Program-made: the position numbers and the translations under genes
Part shown: positions 56,352 through 64,000 of the stretch, in pieces
Layout: each line of letters starts with the position of its first letter
Position numbering within the stretch: position 1 is the first letter of the stretch
Notes under the pieces: model-generated
Database searches by the model: none
Seen by the model: only the letters and a program-made list of their open reading frames with translations
What the model was told of the DNA's origin: nothing
Source of the DNA: Minisyncoccota bacterium
Lineage (GTDB): Bacteria; Patescibacteriota; Minisyncoccia; Phycocordibacterales; UBA5272
NCBI GenBank assembly: GCA_041651055.1
Contig: JBAZJW010000003.1
Location: 18,089-82,088, forward strand
DNA length: 64,000 nt
Direction of reading: 5' to 3'

Positions 56352-56929
56352 CCTTAAAGTCTGTTAAGTTGGATATATCTGAGAATTCCTTGGAGATTAT
56401 CTTTATGAATCTTCTTATCATTCAGAATTTTCTGAATTAATTTATTCTTATCTCCATGTCTTAGAAGTGTTATTAACACGTAGTCAGGGATGGATTCAAG
56501 ATTTATTTCCATGTTCATATCAGTTCCACTATGTAGAACATTAATTGAATCAGTTTCATTTTATTTTTTTAGAATCATTGATTAAACATTTTTTGCATGT
56601 AACTGCTTTTTTTGTTCTTGAAGCATTATTTATTTCGTTAAGACTAAGCCCACATGCTATTTTATTGTCTCCGATAATTAAGTGAATAAATTTGTTTTTC
56701 ATTTTGAGTATACTTTAGGAATCAAGTCTCTTACATTGGGTACAGTCCATTTTTGAGAAGAAAATGATTAACTCATTTTTGAGTTAATCAAATTATGTGC
56801 ATGTTTACTTCATACATCATCCATTCTGTGCCTGAGCATATCTGTATGTTGGCTATGTAAGCACAAGCATCCAAATATCTCTGAGCAAGTCGAGAGAATT
56901 CCATTGTTTAGTTCACCTTAAAACAGTTG

Positions 56930-57600
56930 CTTGGCGGCATAGTGATTGAACACACATGCCTTAACCAGCCCGTGCAGTCTTCCAATTAAGGCTTGACTGC
57001 ACGCTGTGGTATTTAGAAGCAGCACCATGTTTACTCCTTTCACCATATTGGCTTATGGATGCCAACAGCTTTCCCGTTGAATGCAGAACAGCTGAATAAG
57101 TCAGCCCGATTCAAAGGTTATACTATGTGGCAGTGCTGCCCGTATGCCTGCATTATTTAAATACTTGCCCGCTCTGCCTCCGACAGCCGACAGTCTAAAC
57201 TGTAGTAGTCATGCGTCCTCCCCGTTTTTGCTATTATCTCCAATCTTCCAAGGACCGAGTAGTTACTGACTACATCACCCGGTTAGTTCCTTGACCGTCA
57301 AGGAGAGCAATTCGTAAGAGCCGACGCTCAAGAGTATAGAGCCTCAAGTTTGTTTTTTGCGCTTTGCGACACGAGAGCCAGGCTAACAGCTCCCGTTTTT
57401 TTGCTCAATCTCATACAACCTCTGAGATTGTCGCACCGCTCCCGCTATATGGGAGATTCGGAGTCACTCTTATAGGATACAGGATAACAGGTCGCTGCCC
57501 GCATTTCCTCCTATGATAACCATTAGACGATTAGGATATAAGAGCGATTACGACCAATTTCCCAAACCAAAACCAGCACCCTGCGAATTCACAGAGCAAA
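56930..57600. ncRNA. Candidate large structured RNA at the early/late strand switch
   Basis: No ORF of 60 aa or more, GC-richer than flanks, many hairpins (e.g. CGTGCAGTC/GACTGCACG, TCCTTGA/TCAAGGA, CAATCTCA/TGAGATTG), ten same-strand CCCG motifs. Confidence 0.55.
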
Positions 57601-57796
57601 AAGATTAGAAGGGGTAGTTACACTATTTTTTCTCAGTCTGACCTTTGACTTTTTCTTATTCTGATCTTTGATTATTCTGACCTTTGGTAAAAATCGGACT
57701 CAAACATTAGAAGCATAAATACTTATACTCTCATAATTACACATTCCAAACAATTAATCTTAACATATACTTAATCAACCAAAAATACAAACCACA

Positions 57797-58062
57797 ATGC
57801 TCACCAACATAAGAACCCAAATTAAAACAAACCCAGCAGAACCCAATCTCATCTTTGATCCTATAACACTAATGACTCTACACTTATTATCAATAAACAA
57901 AACCAAATATTGCATCCATCAATCACAATGCTAACAAACATAGACCTACAAATCAAAACAAGCCTCACAACCTCAAACCACATCATTGATCCAATAACAT
58001 CAAAGACCCCACACCATCTCCAAATAGATAAACCCAAATACAATTACCACCCACAATGCTAA
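57797..58062 (+). repeat. Two tandem ~130-bp mini-ORFs paralogous to the terminase 5' end
   Basis: 57797..57934 MLTNIRTQIKT...QC-stop and 57928..58062 MLTNIDLQIKTSLTTS...QC-stop versus terminase MLTNIDLQIKTGLTTS. Confidence 0.75.
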
Positions 58063-59600
58063 CCAATATCGACTTACAGATCAAGACCGGACTAACAACC
58101 TCAGACTTCATAATAAAAGGAGCCACAGACTTCAAATACTGGGCCGAAACCCTATACGACTACACAATCAAACCATACCACATCGAATGGGCCAACAACC
58201 TAACACAACAAACACGCTCCTCAACCATCGCAGCAAGAGGACTAGGCAAATCACTCATACTAGGAACCCTAATGCCCATCTGGCTAAGCTTCTACGACTA
58301 CACACCACAGACAACAAACCTAAAAGGAATAGTAATAGCAGCCCAAAACCTAAGCCAAAGCACTAAACTAATGATGAACATCCGAAACCACATCAACAAA
58401 ACAGAACTAACACAACTACTCATACCAAAAACAGGAGACTACACCTGGACCAAAAAAGAAATAAACACCACAACCGACTGGAAAATAAACGTACTACCAT
58501 ACAGCGACAACGCAAGAGGACCACACGTCCCATACCTCCTAATGGAAGAAGCAGGTCTATTCACCGACCTAGAAATATACACAGACGTATTCCTACCAAT
58601 GATCCAAAGAGCCAACGGCAACGCAATGTTATTAGGGACCCCAAAAACAGCATACGACCTGCTAGCAAGAAGCCAAATACCCGGAAGCGGATACCAGATA
58701 AGCAAATACCCCCTAATCAAAAACGGAGAATGCATCCTACCAGAAATATTCCCCCCAGAACGAATACAACAAATACGAAAAGACATCGGAGAACTAAGCT
58801 TCGCAAGAGAATACCTACTCGAAATAGTAGGAGAAGGACGAGCAATAAAAACACAACACATAATAGACAGCCTAGACCCAACAGAAACCTTCACCACACT
58901 AGGAACCGAAACAGGAGAATACTACATAGGAGCAGACCTAGCACTATCCCCCACAGGAGACTACACAGTACTAACAGTCATAGAACGCTACAATGGACGC
59001 TACCACATCCGCAAAATAGAAGAATACCGCGGCATGAGCTTCGACAACCAAATAAACACCATAGCCACCCTATACAAACAATACAACCCCGTCACCCTAC
59101 TAATAGACGAAAGCAACTTCGGAGGAATAGTAACCCAAAAACTACAAACACAATACAACATACCAGCCCAAAGCATCAAATTCCTCCCAACCACCCGCAA
59201 CACCATGCTCATAAGACTAATAAACACCTTCACATCAAACAAAATAACCATACCACGAAACCCCAACTGCCCCACCACCCTCACACTAACAGACCACCTA
59301 CTAGACCAAATAAGCAGCCTACACAGCGACAAAACACGCAGCGGCCAAGACACCTACAAAGCATCAACAAAACACGATGATTCTTTAATGTCCCTAGCAC
59401 TAGCCCTACACGCAGCAGGAGACACAGACAACTACCAAGAAACAGCCATACTAACAGCCAAACCACCAACAAACCAAACACAACAAAACAAGATAATACA
59501 AGACAACTACTATGAAACAATACAAAAAATGAGACAAAAACCAATAAAAGAAACCAAAGAATACGGATCAGCCTTCAACAAATGGCTACCACACAACTAA
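58056..59600 (+). CDS. terL: Terminase large subunit
   Basis: AARGLGKS Walker A, ARG...LLMEEA Walker B, LLGTP, FAREY, YYIGADLA....DYT, LLIDESNFG, HDDSLMSLALA nuclease motifs. Confidence 0.93.
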   Translation: MLTNIDLQIKTGLTTSDFIIKGATDFKYWAETLYDYTIKPYHIEWANNLTQQTRSSTIAARGLGKSLILGTLMPIWLSFYDYTPQTTNLKGIVIAAQNLSQSTKLMMNIRNHINKTELTQLLIPKTGDYTWTKKEINTTTDWKINVLPYSDNARGPHVPYLLMEEAGLFTDLEIYTDVFLPMIQRANGNAMLLGTPKTAYDLLARSQIPGSGYQISKYPLIKNGECILPEIFPPERIQQIRKDIGELSFAREYLLEIVGEGRAIKTQHIIDSLDPTETFTTLGTETGEYYIGADLALSPTGDYTVLTVIERYNGRYHIRKIEEYRGMSFDNQINTIATLYKQYNPVTLLIDESNFGGIVTQKLQTQYNIPAQSIKFLPTTRNTMLIRLINTFTSNKITIPRNPNCPTTLTLTDHLLDQISSLHSDKTRSGQDTYKASTKHDDSLMSLALALHAAGDTDNYQETAILTAKPPTNQTQQNKIIQDNYYETIQKMRQKPIKETKEYGSAFNKWLPHN

Positions 59601-60325
59601 AACACCAAACTAATCAAGCCACACAATCAACTGACACAATCAACTGACACAATCAACTGACACAACTAACAGAGACAACTAACAGAGACAAACAAACCAA
59701 AAAACCAACCAAGACAACACAAGTAAACAAAGACAACCAAACACACAACATACCAATATGAATAAGCAAAGACAACTAACACAACTAACAGAAACAACAC
59801 AACCAAACCACGCAACTAAGCAGACAAAGATAACTAAACCAAACAACAAACTAACACAACCAAAACAAGACAACTAAAACAAGACAACTAAACCAAGACA
59901 ATTAGATCATACAATAAAACCATACAACCAAACCAAGACAGATAAACTAAAAAAACTAACTAACTCAACTGTTAAGAATCAAAACAACTAACAGAGATAA
60001 CATAACCAAATCACACAATTAATCAAAATAACTAAACAACACAATTAGATCATACAACTAAACCATACAACTAACTAACACAACAAACCAAATAAAACAA
60101 ATCAAAAACAACCAAACACAAACCAATCAGAAAAATTTAATATAAATACTACAATACATATACAACTAATATATACCATACAAAACTAATTAATAAAAAA
60201 CCAAATAAACAAGCACTAAAACAAACAGATATCAAAACAAATAAATACAAAAACAAATAAAAACCAAATTAATAAAAAACAAGACTAAAAAACAACAATA
60301 ACATACAATCAATAAATATTACAAG
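59601..60325. repeat. A/C-rich low-complexity spacer with short tandem repeats
   Basis: ACACAATCAACTG x3 at 59621-59659; ACAATTAGATCATACAA twice; very few G. Confidence 0.7.
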
Positions 60326-61744
60326 ATGACAACACCAAATCAAAAAACAAAAACCCAAAGAAGATCACAACCAATATCAACACACACACAAAACATACAA
60401 AACACCGGATTCCAAGGAATAATACCCACACTGCAAAAATTCATGTACGGAGAACAAAAAACAGACAACACCCCCGAACCGGAAATAGGAAACAAAGGAT
60501 ACAGCACCGGACTAACACTAAACAGGGCAAGCAAAGCAGACCTGGAAGCACTATACATAAGCGACCCAGTAATATTCAACGGAATAAACACCTACTACAA
60601 AACAATCCTCTCAAACCCCCCAACCCTGACAAACGGATCGGAAAAAGACCAAAAAAAACTAGACCAATTCAGCAAACAAATAAAACTACAAAGAAGCATA
60701 ATACCAAGCATAACCCAACACAGCCTCATATACGGAACCGCGTGGAATGAAAAAATCTACAACAAAGCCCCCAGAGGAAACATCCTACACAAAATACTCG
60801 GAATACCCACAAGAGACCCCAAACTAATGGACTTCCTAAGACACCAAAACACCAACTACATAAGATTCAACGAAGTAGGAGAACCGGAAGGATACTGCCA
60901 ATACATAGCTGACGGAATACACTACGAAGGAACCGACACCATAATAAACGGAACAAACAGCCTAAAAGCCATACCCTTCACCCCAAACAAAATAATGTGG
61001 ACCAACTACATAGCAGTAGGAGACACCTATGAAGGAATAGGCCTGGTCGAACCAATACTAAACAGCTCACTAGACAAAAACAACGCCCAAAAAGGATTCA
61101 GCGCATACATCTACCGACTAGGACACGGACTACTAGGCATCAAAGCAGGAAACGAAAGATTCATACCCTCAACCGACATGATACACAAAGCCATACAGAT
61201 CTTCAGCAACATAAACACCGAAACAGTAGTCTCCTACCCCTACTACCTACAACCCGAAATGATCGAACCCAAAAGAGGAATAGAACGACTAAGAGAACAA
61301 GTAGACTACTTCATAGACCAACAAATAGCCGGAATCGGTTTGCCAGCATGCTTAGTAACAGGCCAAGGAACTTCTATGAACCGCAGCATCCTGGACAAAA
61401 TGATGATGCTATTCTACCAAAGCCTCACCATGATCCAAAACAACATATCTATAAGCATAGAAGACAACCTATCCCAAGAACTAATGGACATATACGGACT
61501 AGACAACCCCCCAAGACTAGAATGGCCCGACATAAACATAGAAAGCATGGACAGCAAAGCAAACAGGCTAAGCACATACGCAAAAGCAGGCCTGCTAGGA
61601 GCCACCCCAATGCTGCAGACATACATACGACACTCAGAACACCTACCCCAAGAAGGAGACAACACGCCCAACACGCCAGACACCCAATCAAACGAAGACC
61701 AGGAGAACCACAAATCAAAGCTGGATTCAATCCTCGACTTCTAA
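60326..61744 (+). CDS. Portal protein
   Basis: Follows terminase; LYISDPVIFNGIN, LIYGTAWNE, YEGIGLVEP, QIAGIGLP..L. Confidence 0.8.
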   Translation: MTTPNQKTKTQRRSQPISTHTQNIQNTGFQGIIPTLQKFMYGEQKTDNTPEPEIGNKGYSTGLTLNRASKADLEALYISDPVIFNGINTYYKTILSNPPTLTNGSEKDQKKLDQFSKQIKLQRSIIPSITQHSLIYGTAWNEKIYNKAPRGNILHKILGIPTRDPKLMDFLRHQNTNYIRFNEVGEPEGYCQYIADGIHYEGTDTIINGTNSLKAIPFTPNKIMWTNYIAVGDTYEGIGLVEPILNSSLDKNNAQKGFSAYIYRLGHGLLGIKAGNERFIPSTDMIHKAIQIFSNINTETVVSYPYYLQPEMIEPKRGIERLREQVDYFIDQQIAGIGLPACLVTGQGTSMNRSILDKMMMLFYQSLTMIQNNISISIEDNLSQELMDIYGLDNPPRLEWPDINIESMDSKANRLSTYAKAGLLGATPMLQTYIRHSEHLPQEGDNTPNTPDTQSNEDQENHKSKLDSILDF

Positions 61745-61758
61745 ACCACATAAAAAAG

Positions 61759-63945
61759 ATGCCAAACCCCCAAACTAACACCAAACCACCACATGAAAAC
61801 AATGAGAAAATAGCGGAGTTGGTTCACTCCAACTCCGAAATAGGCTCGTCAGGATCCTCACCAACATCTTCCCCCGATTCCTCCGTCTCGGAAGCATCCT
61901 CGACTACGGAACCTCGCTCAGACTCGGCTTCATATCCTTCCTCGTTACAGGGATTGGTTCACGCCAATCCCACGTTACCTACGGAGTCGGTCTCTAAGAC
62001 CTCCTCGACGTTACAATTACAAGATGAATCATCTGTGAATGTTACATCAGACGTTACATTACGAGAACAAATAGCCAATCAATCCCATACTCAATGGTCT
62101 AAATGGATGGAATATCTATTCAATGAATCAAATCAATTAGAAGATGGAACAGTAAGCATCCCACCAACTAAAGTAAGCAGATGGAAGAGACAAATAGTTA
62201 CAGATTACAAAGACTTAACTATAGAAGAGCAGAATAGTGACTTAAAAGAAGCAGATATCTACATACAAATCTTTAATTCATACTTACATAATTCCAAAGA
62301 GACCTTAGATAATGCAGAGTTAGTTCAATCCAACTCTGAAATGAATGAATCAAGTGAAAAACCACTGAATAAAGAAGAAAAGAACGCTCCGACCAACTGC
62401 GAACTAATGAAGCCATTCACCCCAATGCAGATGACAAACAAACAAATGAACATAGAAGACATCAATTACTACTTCAACGACAAATACTCAGAGAAATACA
62501 TGCTATTCAACCAAACAAACAAAGGAACACACATATTCCTACATAAAGGAAGCAGATGGAACGGTTCAACAGTAAAGATATACAACGACAACAAAGAAGA
62601 GATAACTGACAGATACCCAGACATAGTATACCAAGCACCTGAACTGACAGATTACTCCATAATAGTGGAAGGAATAATAGAAAACAATGGAACACTAGAC
62701 TCTGGAACTCTAAATGGAACACCAAAAGGAACAGTAAACTCTGGAACACAGAATGAAACACTAAATGAAACACTAAATGGAACACTACAACTATACGACA
62801 TACTATACTACGACCAACCGATGAACAGATCACAGCTGATAGAAAGACTAAGAGTATTATTCATGAATATAAAAGACACTGAAAACATAAAGAAGAACAG
62901 ACCAATACCTGAGAAAAACATCAAACACATGATCAAACTAGCTAAAAAGATGGGAACAGGCATAATAAGACACCTAGACTCAGCCTACCATATCAATGAA
63001 CATGGAAACGACAAAGGATTCCAACTCTCAGACACTTCTGCAGCCTCCTCCACTAACACTGATACAATATATAATAATATACATACAATAGGCAACAACA
63101 CTTCTACAATACTAAAAGAGATATCAGACAAATTACCACAAACATTCATATCAGAATTAAGCAAAGCAAAAGACAACTGGATACCATTCACACTATCAAA
63201 GCATTACAGAGGACACAAAGAAGGAAATAATATAATAATGAATAGCGTACACCAGGATCTAAGATTCAACATCCCCAATTCAACAAACGTACAAGCAATA
63301 ACGATACTAACACCAGGAAACAATGAAAATCAGGACCTACTAACAATAGGGGAAGCAGCTAGAAATGGAAAGATAAGATTCCTGGTAAAAGAACCAGAAC
63401 CAATACAAAGCACAAAACCAACATACTACCAAGAGAATAACCCAGGAGCCACAACAGTACCTGGATTCAGCATAGTAGTAGCAGAAGGCCAATACACGCT
63501 CCTGGAATCAACAGATACCAAGCTACATATCGAATTAAACTGCATAGAGTCCTCATCCAGTGAAGGAGAGCATACAGTAAGAAAAAACAAGGAAGTCATA
63601 GATAAAGCGCTGGAAGCAGGGATCAAAGTAGACGAAATAGACTGGAGTACTTTAAAAGACATATCAGGGGTGTGGAGCCTAAGCGAAGCGCATATGACAG
63701 ACACTACAATACTACTTATGAGGCTTCTAAACAGGGGAACAGCAAGATTACTTGAAAAAGTAGACAAAACATGGATGGAACAAGTCAAAAAAGGACACAT
63801 ACACAAGACCGGAGTAAACAAGGAAAAACTATACAAAATAGCCCTTATGAGCGAAGAAGGATACTACAGACCAGAGATAGCCAAAGAGATAGGAACAAAC
63901 AAGGACACAGTATACAGATGGCAGAAAGCATTAGGATACTACTAA
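61759..63945 (+). CDS. Mosaic protein: RyR-like repeat, degenerate ATP-dependent ligase domain, LigD phosphoesterase-like segment and C-terminal HTH
   Basis: HTQWSKW...RWKRQIVTDYKDLTIEEQNSD; HIFLHKG..VKIY...ITDRYPDI...IIVEG...YDILYY...LIERLRVL; FTLSKHYRG...HQDLRF; RPEIAKEIGTNKDTVYRW. Start reassigned to the ATG after the portal stop. Confidence 0.6.
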   Translation: MPNPQTNTKPPHENNEKIAELVHSNSEIGSSGSSPTSSPDSSVSEASSTTEPRSDSASYPSSLQGLVHANPTLPTESVSKTSSTLQLQDESSVNVTSDVTLREQIANQSHTQWSKWMEYLFNESNQLEDGTVSIPPTKVSRWKRQIVTDYKDLTIEEQNSDLKEADIYIQIFNSYLHNSKETLDNAELVQSNSEMNESSEKPLNKEEKNAPTNCELMKPFTPMQMTNKQMNIEDINYYFNDKYSEKYMLFNQTNKGTHIFLHKGSRWNGSTVKIYNDNKEEITDRYPDIVYQAPELTDYSIIVEGIIENNGTLDSGTLNGTPKGTVNSGTQNETLNETLNGTLQLYDILYYDQPMNRSQLIERLRVLFMNIKDTENIKKNRPIPEKNIKHMIKLAKKMGTGIIRHLDSAYHINEHGNDKGFQLSDTSAASSTNTDTIYNNIHTIGNNTSTILKEISDKLPQTFISELSKAKDNWIPFTLSKHYRGHKEGNNIIMNSVHQDLRFNIPNSTNVQAITILTPGNNENQDLLTIGEAARNGKIRFLVKEPEPIQSTKPTYYQENNPGATTVPGFSIVVAEGQYTLLESTDTKLHIELNCIESSSSEGEHTVRKNKEVIDKALEAGIKVDEIDWSTLKDISGVWSLSEAHMTDTTILLMRLLNRGTARLLEKVDKTWMEQVKKGHIHKTGVNKEKLYKIALMSEEGYYRPEIAKEIGTNKDTVYRWQKALGYY

Positions 63946-64000
63946 AAGTTGTCACTAATCTAAGTGAGAAAAATAGAGACAAAAAACCAGATAAACAACA

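Noticed and set aside
9501-56421. Alternative genetic code as the cause of the many short ORFs
   Set aside because: Conserved genes are full length in the standard code, and short ORFs show ATGA/TAATG coupling typical of real small genes.
58439-59873. Overlapping and antisense ORFs in terL and the spacer (e.g. 58730..59380)
   Set aside because: By-products of extreme A/C bias suppressing stop codons; the translations are low-complexity.
61348-61758. N-terminal extension of the 865-aa ORF overlapping the portal gene
   Set aside because: Off-frame shadow of the T-poor portal sequence; the ATG at 61759 follows the portal stop.

Overview
This window looks like a large part of a tailed (Caudoviricetes-type) virus genome with an archaeal host. 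The archaeal call is inferred from TATA-box promoters ~25 nt before leaderless starts, MCM/RPA/Cas4-like replication genes, and a sequon-rich LamG adhesin. Plus-strand late genes lie at both ends: LamG adhesin, tail protein and Nal1-like protease at 1-9.4 kb; terminase, portal and a degenerate ligase/LigD-like mosaic protein at 58-64 kb. Between them is ~47 kb of mostly minus-strand small genes, including a replication/recombination module, a MoxR-VWA pair, and YkgJ, YopX, ASCH, DUF1599, HD-hydrolase and CX5R phosphatase genes. Unusual features read directly from the sequence: (1) five intergenic minus-strand tRNA-shaped elements with recognisable acceptor/T-arms but rebuilt D/anticodon arms; (2) two ~650-700 nt ORF-poor, helix-rich segments (37.0-37.7 kb and 56.9-57.6 kb) that are candidate large ncRNAs; (3) an NYN nuclease gene split by a ~4.9 kb GC-richer cell-like fragment whose two ends are truncated genes; (4) a mini-gene array joined by an identical 19-nt stop/RBS/start linker; (5) a triplicated terminase 5' end forming coupled upstream mini-ORFs; (6) phased palindrome arrays; and (7) extreme A+C coding-strand bias in the packaging genes. 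All functional calls are motif recognition by eye, and no database searches were run.
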